NCBI GenBank assembly: GCA_973895155.1
Contig: OZ316893.1
Coordinates: 28,364,850-28,428,849 of the forward strand
Direction of reading: 5' to 3'
DNA length: 64,000 nt
From: Marsupella aquatica
Lineage: Eukaryota; Plantae; Marchantiophyta
Shown: positions 24,750-37,200 of the stretch, piece after piece
How the letters are laid out: every line of letters starts with the position of its first letter
Numbering within the stretch: the first letter of the stretch is position 1
Position numbers and translations under genes: made by a program
The notes under the pieces: generated by a model
Told to the model about the DNA's origin: nothing
The model's database searches: none
The model's input: the letters and a program-made list of their open reading frames with translations, nothing else

Positions 24750-25240
24750 CTAATAAAAGTACCCTCATTAATAAGAGTACCCTCATGGACAAGGCCCAAC
24801 ACAAGGATACCCTTAGGAGATAAGAGTACCCTCACTGATAAGGGTACCCTCATTATCAAAGTACCATTGTTGATAAGTGTACCCTCATTGATACTTAAGA
24901 GTACCCTCATACGCAAGGGTACCCTCAGGAGATAAGAGTACCCTCATTGATAAGGGTACCCTCACTGATCAAAGTACCATTGTTGATAAGCGTACCCATT
25001 GATAAGAGTACCCTCGCTGATAAGAGTCCCTCGCTGATAAGAGTACCCTCGTTGATAAGAGTACCCTCAAGCACAAGGGTACCCTCAGGAGATAAGAGTA
25101 CCCTCATTGATAAGGGTACCCTCATTGATCTAATTAAGTACCATCGTTGATAAATGTACCACATTGATAAGAGTACCCTCACTGATAAGAGTACCCTCAT
25201 GCACAAGGGTACCCTCAGGAGATAAAAGTACCCTCATTCA
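24750..25240 (+). repeat. Minisatellite with ~18-bp GATAAGAGTACCCTCA(T/C)T unit and higher-order blocks
   Basis: More than 20 recurrences of GATAAG(A/G)GTACCCTC. GCACAAGGGTACCCTCAGGAGATAA blocks also recur. Confidence 0.92.
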
Positions 25241-28200
25241 CATGGGGAGCAATGAAAATAGGGATAATTGTAACCACGTCCAAAAGGTGAGATCTGTGAT
25301 CATAGCCATTCAAAAATACTGTCCTTCAAAACCTTGAGGACTTTAGTTTAAGAACTTTTCTAACAAACAGTTCAAGAATGTTTTTATAACAAAGAATCCA
25401 ATAAAGTGTAAACTTTAATTTTATGGTGTTCAATTTTTTTAGATTTTCCCACACTATAGCAAACAAATCCACTGAATTTGTTTATTCTAATTCCAATTCA
25501 GTAAATATTACAATTCCGGTCAAATAGTACACGAACCATTTCAGATCTGAGTACCGAAATGCCGTAAGTTGTAATTTTTATCATTAGATTTATGAATAAT
25601 TCAACATGTAGGTGGGGAGAAAGGGGGAATTTTGATGTTGAGGTACTCACCTTCATAAATCTACTATTGATTTGTCCCAAGGAGTGTACAGTTCTTTCCT
25701 TGGTCTCGCCTCAATATTTGTACAATGTTGGCATGAATGACACTGCACAGAACACTAAAAGGATTTAGTGTCTTGAGGATGACCAAAAACAATGACAAGA
25801 AACCTGAAACTGAAACTCATTTGTCCAAGTGCATGTAGAGCTTCATATCATTGGCAACAATAGTGCTTGAAGCCAACTTACTTTTGAATGACGTGTAAGG
25901 CAATATCTTGTGAAAGAGGGCCGATAGCTTCCCAACTACTAAAGGAAGTAGATTTTGCACTCACAAAGTCATCCCAACAACCAGATCCCCTTGTGCAATC
26001 TGAGAAACGTGGAGTATTCAATAAAAAGTTCAAAGCAAAATGTAATAAAACCATCATAAACTCAATATAATGAAATGTAACCATGTCCTTTGTGATAAAT
26101 TCTGCAAACCCTTCTGCTTTTTAAATATCTACTAATTAAAAGGAAAAGGATAATACACCAGAATTTACTTCAAAACTCACTGTCAATCATGTTCTCCGAA
26201 CAATAAGAATGATAGGGAGGGAAAATGTCAACCTGGGCATACGCCCAAGTCAGGGTGTGAAGCTTAATTTTCAGGATCCTGGAATTGTGGCCGGAGAGAG
26301 GCAGCTTGCAGCAACAAGTGCTTCAGGCTTCTTCCTCATCAGCATAGCCAACACCACTAGGAGACCAACCTAGAGCAAGTACAGGTCGAGCTCCCTCCTT
26401 GTTTGTGTAGTTCAATGTTCTGACCATGTTCAATGTGCTGCATTCCCTTGGGTTTGGATGATCTTCCCTTGGCAGAAATGAGTCACATTCCAGAGTTACT
26501 CCATGCATAATGATTATTCACCTGCCCCTGGGGTTGGATGATCTTTGTGTGGGATAAATGCCCGGTTTGAGTTAACGGGCAAGTTTACGTGTTGCCCTAC
26601 GGGGTGTGGTTGGGACCGGGTGGGGTTGGGATAGGGTTGGGATGAGGTTGGGACGGTGTCAGGATAGGGGCGGGATGACCAGGTGTGACGGATGACAAAT
26701 CAAGGCCAAACCAGGCATAAATGAATCACACTTCAGAGTTACTCAAGGCAAAATGATTATTCTTCTGCCGCCAATCTGAATTGACTACTTGTAGCCTGGT
26801 GGAATCAGTGGATACTCATTACTTGGCGAGAGGTTGCACCATAAAGATTGTTATGGTTAGGAATCAAATAATAGTTGAGTGTTCATTAAGTGTTTATAAT
26901 ACCTTGAAAGGGTTTAACAGTTTAATGATTAGATGCATGGGACCCGGATGGGATCCCATATGAGCTTACACTTTGAATCGTTCAACAATCTGAACCATAA
27001 AATGTACAAGGGTAAATTTATAAGAAGGTAATGGCATTGTGACTTTTTTCATCAAAGCAAGCTGGAGTGCCAGTTCCTTGTTATTAGGATATATCTAGAT
27101 CCAGACTAGCTCCAGAGTACCAAAATCTCTGCACTTTTGGGGCACTCTGTTGTGCTATGCATTTGAGGGAGTATTCATATCTATAACTAGACCAATGCCC
27201 GTGCGTTGAACAAAAGATGTTGACATGAGAAAACATACCAAGGAGAGAGAAAGAGTAAAAGTGAGGAAAAGATATCAAAGTGAGAAAACTAAGTGAATAG
27301 TTTAGCTACTCATTTGCTAAACTAACAACAATAAGTTCAGCAGTTAATTGGCAAGGGAGTCCACCCTACAATTTAGCTGGTTGCAGTCAAACTGGAGTTT
27401 GGACTTTGAATGCCATAAACTTACATTCCACCATGGGTGAGTGCAATGTGTGTATTTAGGCAAAGCTCAGATAATTGAAGGGAATGGGCTTACTCCCCTC
27501 TTTTATAGGGGGAGTGACACTTATTTCACTGACAGTTTACATAAGACTGCAAGATGGGCATCACTAGAAGAAATTAATAAGAAATCATTAGTAAACCCTA
27601 AACCCTAAACTTTCTACAGTAGTTGATTCTAAGTGTGTTAATTTATATATATAGTGCACGTTGCACATATTGGTGAGAGGCAGCCAGGGGTGAAGTCTCA
27701 ATGTGTGATCACATGTAGGGTCTGTTGAGGGGAATCTAACATTTAGGATACTTAGACCAGTACTGTCAAAGAACTCACACTCCCCTGCTGTAAATTAAGC
27801 CGACATTGCTCCAAAGCAGAGACAAACTTTCTAAGTTCATTGATCTACAAAACTCTCCCCACATTGAGACCTTACTAAAATAGAAAACGAGGAAGAAGTA
27901 CATTTAAGAAAACTAAGGACCAATTTCCTGAAAAAGGCCAAACAAAGTACAATGGAGTAAAGCAAATTATAGAGATAAACTAAACCCTAAACCCTAAACT
28001 TTACCCTCAGCTTAAGTGATTTAGAAAGGAAATGCAAACACAGCAAAGGTTAATTAAATCAATTATTTTGAGCTCAATTTATTAATTGTTATCAGTAACA
28101 AAATGATGAAAAATAACTGCAAGAAAGAAGCAACAATGGGTACTAGATAGAGGACAAGGTTCACATGTGGTCCCAATAGGTTTTTGCCCACAGGCAGGTC

Positions 28201-30353
28201 CCATTTGTTTAATATGTTCCGTTAGCTTACATACATCTAATGAGGGTCCAAATGGAAATGAATCACTCTACCAAAGAACAAAATGAGCCAAATCTGTGGA
28301 TGAGACCCAATAAAGGGGAGAAGGGACAGGATCCCAATTACATGACCCCCCAAAACGGGGAGAAGCTGATACAGGATCTCAACTAAATGAGACACACAAG
28401 AGGGGAGAAGAGACAGAGGATCTCAACTAAATGAGACACACAAAAGGGGAGAAAACCAGAGAAATACCATTTGAAGACCAAAGACTGAGCCAACATTCCT
28501 GAGTTCCGAATAACTACAAAGATTCAGAAATTATGCTAACCTAGGTATTATCACTATCGAAAATTCCTGATCAAGCCGCCAATAACTACAAAGAACTTAG
28601 AACATGCTAACCTAGGTATTATCACTATCTAAAGTAGAGACTAGATTTTCTGCGAGCAACAAGACCATTCATATCTTCTAGAGACTAAAGTGACCAAACA
28701 CTGTCTAAATGCTCAAGCAACAGCATGTAACATCCGTATCTTGTAGCTGTCCAACTATGTACTAGTAGTGCCCACTGCAAGGTCTCTAGCTCTGGATGAA
28801 TGCCTGGATTGAATGACAATCACTACCATGAAAGGTTTTGATATATAGCAGGCCAGTGACTCTGTTAATCGATCAAGCTCTTTGGCCAGGCATGTCAAGA
28901 AGTTGGAAGGACGGGCTCATTCCCACAGATCAAGATTCTATTCCTCTTTCAATTGTTGGGTTGTCGACAATCTTTAGAACTGCATTGAGTTGTCGTAGAG
29001 ACCCTCATCCGTTCGCCCCAGTGAAGGGAAGGGATCAACGAGAACCGCACTCAACGCCCTCTTCTCCAATTGAAAGAAGGATCTCCTTCTATGGATGTCC
29101 CCCCAGGAGATCCCGAGGTGCACACTCAAGGGGCTATGATGTCTGGCCTTCTCTTACAATTGTTATACCAAATTCCTGGAGGTACTGCTCGGCAGGTCGT
29201 TGCACAGTGGAAATGGTTGCCAATGGAAACGAAGACTTGCGTAGATGCTAAGAGTTATGTAGATGCTAAGAGTTGGGTACATGCTAAGAGATGTGTAGAT
29301 GCTCTTGTTAAGATTAACAAGGAGATCACGGTATTGTGGGAAGTAAAGGCAATAGCCCCGCAGTTACAGACGAACTTGGACACGTAATTGATTTTGTAGT
29401 TAAACTTTGTTGAAAGTCTTTATAACAGAGCAATCACAAGTTCCACGCATGCGCGATTGTGAGGAACCAAGTCCAAGTTGCCGCGCGCGCGAAATGACAA
29501 AATTTTACGGGGAGCACAATGTGCACACAACGTAAACTCAAGACTCTATGAGTGCTTGGAGCAAGGTGGACAGGCTATGGGACGTGATCCAGATTTTTGA
29601 CCACCCTCTGCTGGGGAAGCTGCAGTGGCATTCGTTCTCTTGGAGAAGCTATAGCGGCGACCCTTTGGAGAAATCAGCTGGCAGTCTCGAACAGTCTACA
29701 AGGCCCAATGTTAAGCTTTGATGGCGGCGAGGCAGTCTAATCACAAAACCTAAAAAGTTGTAGCAGGAAGTGGAGAAAAAAACAGGCGCAATGTGTACTA
29801 CTTAAAAAAGTTCCAAAAGTGGCGTTTTGGGTAGAATAGGGCGCTGCCCTCAGCCTTTTGGTCCCGATCCCCTAACAACTTTGTGGCGGGCTTCGGCTAA
29901 CAGGTTCATTATTGGTGTGGGAGTTCTACTCGACCAGCCACCAGAGGCCTTAGTGGACATAAACGCAGTAGCTAGTACAGTAGTTCACTTGACGTGACCA
30001 GTGAGGTGCAACAACCACTCGGTTGATTGAAGCATCAAAAGAATTGGCTGAAACGGCCACAATCTCATACAACATACATGGCAAGGTCTCTATGCCAATT
30101 TCCCAGCCTTATCTAGGGACAGATTGAAGGCAGCTTCCGACCACGAAAGTCACAAAACTGCCTATGAGCCATCCGTACCTCTAAAGATCCGCCATATATA
30201 GACCCTCTTCACAGCTTTATACAATCTTCCGACTACCGCAGCCACAATAGTGTGCTAGAATTCACTGTGAAGTACTGGATTGGCTCCACTCTAATTCGTG
30301 CCTTACTCGAGACATGAGAAACGGAAAAATTGACGCGTCTAGTTTTGTCTCAC

Positions 30354-30662
30354 CTTGTTTAAGTAAGCAATGTTGACAATCGGGTCGAGAAGGTACTGGA
30401 GGAATGCATCCAATGTGAAGGAGTGCTTTGCTTTCATCAATATCGTATTCTAGTGAGCCATCTGCTCATTGATGATCTTCTCGGCATCACCCAACCTCGG
30501 TTTCACCTTGCTCTGCGTTCAGAAACTCTTTAAACTTTGCCGGGACAATGACATCATTCTCTGCATACTTGTGCATGCGATCAAATCGCCTCTTTGGTAA
30601 TTAAACCATTGTCCATCAATCTCTCCTCCTATACAAGCTCGGAGTATCCATCTCTATATATC
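30354..30662 (-). pseudogene. Decayed exon of a phosphoinositide-specific phospholipase C (EF-hand-like region)
   Basis: The minus strand reads FDRMHKYAENDVIVPAKFKEFLNAEQGETEV/GDAEKIINEQMAH*NTILMKAKHSFTLDAFLQYLLDPIVN, then a GTGAG donor. This resembles plant PI-PLC (F.KY.EN..M....L..FL...Q......DA..II....L.LD.F..YL). Frameshifts and stops are present. Confidence 0.6.
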
Positions 30663-32311
30663 CTGCCCACAGGACTCTAGGGGGAGGCACAACATAATCA
30701 CAACAAAAACTTTTCTCTTTTGCACGAATGAAGCACCGAAAATAGTGTTTAGAAGCGAAAAGAAATTATGCACTTAACACAGGCCTGAATATCAGATTTG
30801 CACGGGAGGTCAAGTGTATTATCTAGCTGGGACTATTTTCGCACCTTTCTCCCATAAAACAACGCGCAATATATATATTCCAACACATTCGCAGTGCCAA
30901 ATTAATGATCCCATGTTTGCACCCTGAGTTAATAAAGTGCAAAATAATTGAGAGATGCAATAGCTAATTACCGATCAGATCTAACTATATATGGAGAGAA
31001 GATACATTCGAAATAGAGAAGGGAGAACACCACAAGGATCTGTTGGCAGCAGCAGTCGATACAAAGTCGATCTAACCAGACGAGTGACAAGTACACATGT
31101 TAGAGACTCCTCGATGAAGCTCAAACGACAAGACTGGTAACAAGCCCAGTTGAAAAACTCAAGCTGCGATAGTCCAACGAGAAGCAAAACGATGAAGAAA
31201 TGAAGGCGGGACCCCACGAGCCAGAGAATGCAACCCTAAACCCAATATGCCGCTTCACTAATTCGCTCAACCTTCAAACACACGGATCCCTGTGGCCCTG
31301 CAAAACATAGGACCCATGTGCTCACTAACAAGTGGGTCCGCAAAGGTATTGAAAATGAAAAAACCAAACATCTCACAAGAAAGAATGACGACATCGGCCG
31401 TGGGGACTAGAGAGCGAGAGATGACAGCAGCATCCCGGTTTGTTCGTTTGCAACTCGACACAATATGCAAAAGTGAGTTGTTCGCAAGATGTGGGCACCG
31501 TTGACGTGACTCGGTCATGTTGCAGTGTTGCGCGTTCCAAAGTCTTCTACCGGACAGGTTTCATCATTCGGAGAATCTCAACGCCTACTTTGGACTGATT
31601 GACTGGAGAAGTGGAGATCCTAGTGGACGAAATATTTGCACTGCTGTAATCCTTGTATTCTCAAAACAGTGATGTCGTCAATGTATTTTGTTTTGAGGGG
31701 GATTTTCATGTCATTGCGGCGGACGAGCGTTTGGTGTGTACTTAGAGTAAAGAAACCTTATGCCAGGCGGGGCTGTTCAGTGGTGATTGAGCTCCCGCGT
31801 CGACATGCATTCTATCTCTCAAGTGCTGCCGGTGGTCTGTTGCCCCCCAATGATCTGCGAAAGGCGATGAGACTCTGAGCATCGCTTGCTTGAGTCTACA
31901 GGAATGAATGGTTTGCTTAAGAGGTCACGTGTAAAGTCAATACTGTGCTGAGCTTTGGAAAATTCGGCGGAGTAGTTAGGGATCGCGATGCTGTTGGGTC
32001 ACTAAGAGTAGATGCTGTCGGAGTAATGTTGTAGCAAGCCAATGTGATTAGAACAGCCATGTCAGCAGCTTTGGACACTGGGCCAAAGGGAAAAGACTGA
32101 CATAATACTAAAGCTGATTTGATCCACCTGGCTGCTCAGTCGGCTACAAAGTGCACATTCATTCAAGCTGCAATTCGGAAGTGCGGGGGCAAGGAGGAAA
32201 AGGGGCTACAGCTGTACACAGCCTAGGGATCAAATGGGCGATGGGGACAGTTCGATAAACAACTGGGACGAGCAGATGCTACGGGGCGGGACCCAGAGGT
32301 CAGACTTCCCA

Positions 32312-32425
32312 TCTGGGACAAAGCATGCTCAGATAAGCTTGGAATCAAGCCTCAGTATGTAGCCGCTCTGGGACAAAGCATGCTCAGATAAGATTGGAAT
32401 CAAGCCTCAGTATGTAGCCGCTCTG
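32312..32425 (+). repeat. 55-bp tandem duplication
   Basis: TCTGGGACAAAGCATGCTCAGATAAG.TTGGAATCAAGCCTCAGTATGTAGCCGC occurs twice. Confidence 0.9.
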
Positions 32426-32699
32426 TCAGGTTTATTGGGGCCTGATAAAGCTTGATTCACACTAGGACTGCCACTACGTAAGTTAGCACTCTGGACAGTA
32501 GCTCTGGGAACAAGGAGCTGTGCTTGGCTGGAGCACCAGAGAGATTGTGATGCCATCGGCTATCTCTAGGTGAGAAACAATCACGTCCTGCCATAAATGT
32601 CCCCTCGGGAAAAGAAAGGGCAACTTTCAGTACTATGGTTCTGTACTAGGACCCGCTACAAATTTACAAAAATAGTTGACCTCCGCTGATCATTATTCC

Positions 32700-33173
32700 A
32701 CTTTTGATGGGCTGATACAAACCACCGTCGTTGAATTGGCCTCCAAACAGGACCTACAACGTTGTTTTGTCATCACTGCTACATCGCGATCGGCCTTCAC
32801 TAGATATCCCTTCCAATTTGTTCTAGATGCTAAATAATTAATCATCGACACTGAGTTTTGCCGACGATTAGGAGTAGATAATGTACGGCAGATGCTCAAA
32901 CTCGCTCGGAAGTTTGCAGCAACTAAATTTGAAGAGGAAGCCAAGAAGCTCTTCAGGGAACACTTTGACATCCTGAAGACTAATGTGTTTGATGTTTTGG
33001 AAGGACTTCATTATGATTCGGAAGGCTCACATGATGGTGAAGTCGTTTCAGGTCAAAAATCATTTGTGGATCTTTGTCAACTCATTCATTCACAATCCGT
33101 CATTCGACTCTCAAACCAGAGAGACCTTGACATCTCGTCAGGGCAGCTTCGGGTCAAAATGCGAACTATTTAG
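32700..33173 (+). pseudogene. Decayed BTB/POZ-BACK-like gene fragment
   Basis: IDTEFCRRLGVDNVRQMLKLARKFAATKFEEEAKKLFREHFD fits the post-BTB helical pattern (L.VDNV...L.LA......L...C..F...F). There is an in-frame stop and frameshifts upstream. Confidence 0.4.
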
Positions 33174-34282
33174 CGTACATCAGTACGAGAGCAGACCCTA
33201 CACGCACGGATGATTCAAAGCCGACCTGTCGAACATGCTCATGAATTTATTTTCCGCATGTTAGAGCTAATGGGCTGCCACATGCATTCAGGATGCTCAG
33301 ATACGTGATCTCATTTGGCTTCACGCCTTCTTGGCGCATTAGATTGAAAATGTCGAGTGCAGATTGAACATGATCACTCCTAGCGTATCCCGCAATCATG
33401 CTGGTCCAAGTAATAACACTCTTGTTCTGAATTTGATAGCAGTAGCGGTATCTTCTCCAGGATCAAATTCCTCCTGCTGGACTCGTTTACGAATCATCCC
33501 AGCTTTGCCATCAAAACTTGAGAATCAAAACTACAAGTTCTGAGAAGAAAAAGTATGAGAAGATCTTCCATCCAAACCCCAAAGCAACCCACCGTCATAC
33601 CCGCACATTGCCCTCTGAAAAACTATGGCGCGAGTGCTCTTGTTTATCGCCCTCCAAGAAAGAACCCTTTGCAACTGAAGTGTCGTGCATACAAAACGAA
33701 GAATTGACGACAAGTGGCAACAAGCAAGTAACGAGCAAGTGGCAACAAAATTGATGTAGATTGTGACGGGAAATAAAAGGAGCTCAGGCAGCAGGAGACG
33801 TCATGCAAGAAATGAGCAGGACTTGAACCAGGATGGACAGTATCCCGGGCTGAAAAAGAGATTCTGTCCCGCTTCCTTGGGCGCTCAGAGGTGAGAAGTA
33901 TAGTTGCCCAGCAATGTAAGGTCGAAACGCAGAAGAACATCCAGTATACGTATATAGGTAGGGCCCTTACTAGGAATTGTGTGCCCAAAGGACTTGACGA
34001 GAGGCCGTGTAAAAGTGGTAACGCGAACCTAACAGGGATGACCGGATTCGTGAGCATGTAGCTACGCAAAGCTCGATACCAAGTCCCCGAGAAGCAACTA
34101 TAGCAATTGAGCAATCCGAAGCCAGTACGACAAGTAATTCTTAGCAGATTGTGAATTCTACAAGGATTGTGAGCTTGCGAGGATAGGCACCGGGATGTCC
34201 TTAGATCATGTAGAGATGTTGGTGGCCATCAAACCTCCGTGTCTGGCGCAGAGGTTGTCGTCGTCCAGGGGACGCTGGCGCG

Positions 34283-37200
34283 ATGTATGTGAAGGAGATA
34301 ACCTTGGACGGATTCAAGTCGTACGCTCAAAGGACTGTGGTTTCCGGCTTTGATCAGCAATTCAACGCAATAACAGGGCTGAATGGATCAGGGAAGTCGA
34401 ACATCTTGGACTCTATTTGCTTCGTGCTGGGAATTACGAATTTGCAGCAAGTTAGGGCAAGCAACTTGCAAGAGCTGGTTTACAAGCAAGGGCAGGCGGG
34501 AATTACAAAAGCAACAGTTTCAATTCTGTTTGACAATTCGAACCGTAAGCGAAGTCCTATCGGCTATGAAGACTCGAGTGAGATTACTGTCACTCGCCAG
34601 GTAAGTTTACCCCTCACGAATTTATCTGAACTTCATTTCATTCAATTTCCGATATTAAGTTGGCCCTCTTGCCGAGACACCCGTCTCTGTTGGCCTGGAA
34701 ACAGTCAGTCTTTTCTTCCGATGCTCCCCACACCTCGTGAATAAATATTTTGATGATCAATAGCCAAGAGAGATACCGGATCCAATGAGTGGCAGACAGA
34801 ACATGAGAACATTTCGATTCGCACAGTATTCCATGGTCAGGCATTGTCTGATTATATGGTCTTTTGTCATACTGTAGATTATCGTTGGTGGACGGAACAA
34901 GTACTGGATAAATGGCCACGTAAGGCAGCCCACCCAGGTCCAAAATCTCTTCCACTCCGTACAGCTGAATATCAACAATCCTCACTTTCTCATCATGCAA
35001 GGTCGTATCACGAAAGTACTCAACATGAAGCCGCCTGAGATTCTGTCAATGCTAGAAGAGGCAGCTGGAACTAAGACGTACGAGTCGAAAAAAGAGAACG
35101 CTCTCAAGACTCTGGAAAAAAAGCAGGCGAAATTAAGTGGATGAAATTGACAACCTTTTGAGTCAAAACATCCTTCCAGCTCTCGAGAAGCTATGGAAAG
35201 AACGAGCGCAGTACCAGCAGTGGACTTCCGGCAATGCAGTGGTGGATCGTCTCGACAGATTCTGCATTGCTTTCGATTTTTCGGAGGCTGGAGGTTGAAG
35301 GAAGCTTCTTCGGGTGAGGAGGCCAAAATGCAAGACAAGGTTGAGGCTATTAAATTATCTGCCGTCGGTAAGATTAGAGGAAGAAATAGCCCAGAACGAG
35401 GCTTCTGTTGCTGCATTGACTGAGGCCAAAGAGAAGCAGATGAATAGTGACATGAGAAGTTTGTCTGATGCGGTGGATAAGCTCTTGTGAAGGTCGACTC
35501 TGCTGTCAATGCAAAACAAGAGTCTTTTGACGTCGAGAAAGCTACCGCTGAGCAGGTATGCAACCAATCTCAGACGCCAAACTGTAAAGCAGGCAGGTTT
35601 TGGTACATGAGCCGTATCATGGGAGGTACCCCTGTTTACTCACCTCAATTTGCTGGCTGTTATCTATCAGCTGCAAAGAAATGTAAAGGATTTGGATGGT
35701 GTCATCGCCGCCAAAACTGCTGCTGAACTTCAAGCTGAGGAAGAATTTTCAGGTCTGAAAGAGAAAGTGGAGCAGCAGGCAAAGACATTGGAAGACCTTG
35801 AACGAGATTATCAGGTAGTTATTTGAACTCTGAGGATGCAAACAGGAATTGAGCCAACACTGATAAAACTGGTAATAATCTGCTATCGATGCTGACTTTA
35901 GCATGTTCATAGCAATATGTTTTTGTCTAAGAACAGTACACCAGCTGAAGGGTTTACTTTGAAGATTCAAATTTCGTCCATTCAGCAGAGTCCAGGTGAA
36001 AAGTCAGTGGCTCGTCGAAATTCGTTTGGTTCAGGGGATTCAAGCAGGGAAGGCTAGTGGGGCTGAACAAAAGAGTCTGGCAGACCAGCGAGATGATGCA
36101 AATGCTGCGGTAGGGAAAGCTCCGACTGAGGTGCAGCAGAGCAAAACAAAGATCAAACATCTCGACAAAGAGCTGAAAGCGAAATAGCAGCATTTCAATT
36201 CCAAGCAACACGAAGTAGCTGCTGCACAGGAGGAGCTGCGCTCACGTAAGGCGGAATTGGAGAAGCTGCAAGATGCCATAAATAAACTAGGATTCGAAGA
36301 GGACCGAATGAATTCCCTGGAACAGGTTCTCCCACAGTTGTGAACTCCCATTGTTTTGATTAGGACCTGTTCTTAGGTGTGCGGGGAATGTAGTGGCCCA
36401 ATTGTATGACCTTGCGCATGTTTCTGCTGTGAATTTCTGGCTTCTAGCATGTCTACAAGGGTTAAGTGTAGGTGCAGTTCTCGTCTGCTGGGCGTGGAAA
36501 TCTGCTCTTAATTATGTTGTATTCTATGTCCTTCGTCAACCTGTTGTTTTGCCCTTATCTGAACACGGTGCAATAACAAGTCACGAATTGGAATTGCAGT
36601 CATTCTCAGCTTTAATGAAGGCTGCTGTTCTCTTGGACGATTCTCGACAACCTAACAAACATTGACGTGAACATTGCACTCCAGAGCCGGAGAACCGAGG
36701 CTGAAACGGTAAAGGGACTCAAGACAACTTAGGTTAGCAATCTTACGGGGGAACTTTCGGGCCTTCAATTCTCATACAATGACCCTGAGAGGGGATTCGA
36801 GAAGTCACGGGTTAAAGGACCAGTACCACGCCTTGTGCAGGTGAATGATGCCTCTACTATGACTGCCCTTGAGGTGTGTGATCCCCAACTCCCATGTTTG
36901 TTGTTGAATTCATATTGTATTTCTTTGTATGAAACTGCTATGGTGTGGCTTCACATTTTAACTTTGAGACACTATCAGGAGCCTGAAATGGTAGTACAAA
37001 TCTTGCGAACAGGTTATTACAGGAAGTAAATTTTATAATATTGTAGTGGACACTGAGCAAACTGCTAAACTGCTCCTAGAGAAAGGTGGGCTGCGCCGAA
37101 GGATTACCATCATTCCTCTCAACAAGATTCAAGCCAACCCCATCTCTTCGAGAACTCAGGCGGCAGCGGCCAAGCTGGTATGATTTATTTTCTGACGTAT

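Noticed and set aside
24695-25206. ORFs such as MRVLLSINEGTL...
   Set aside because: Minisatellite translations.
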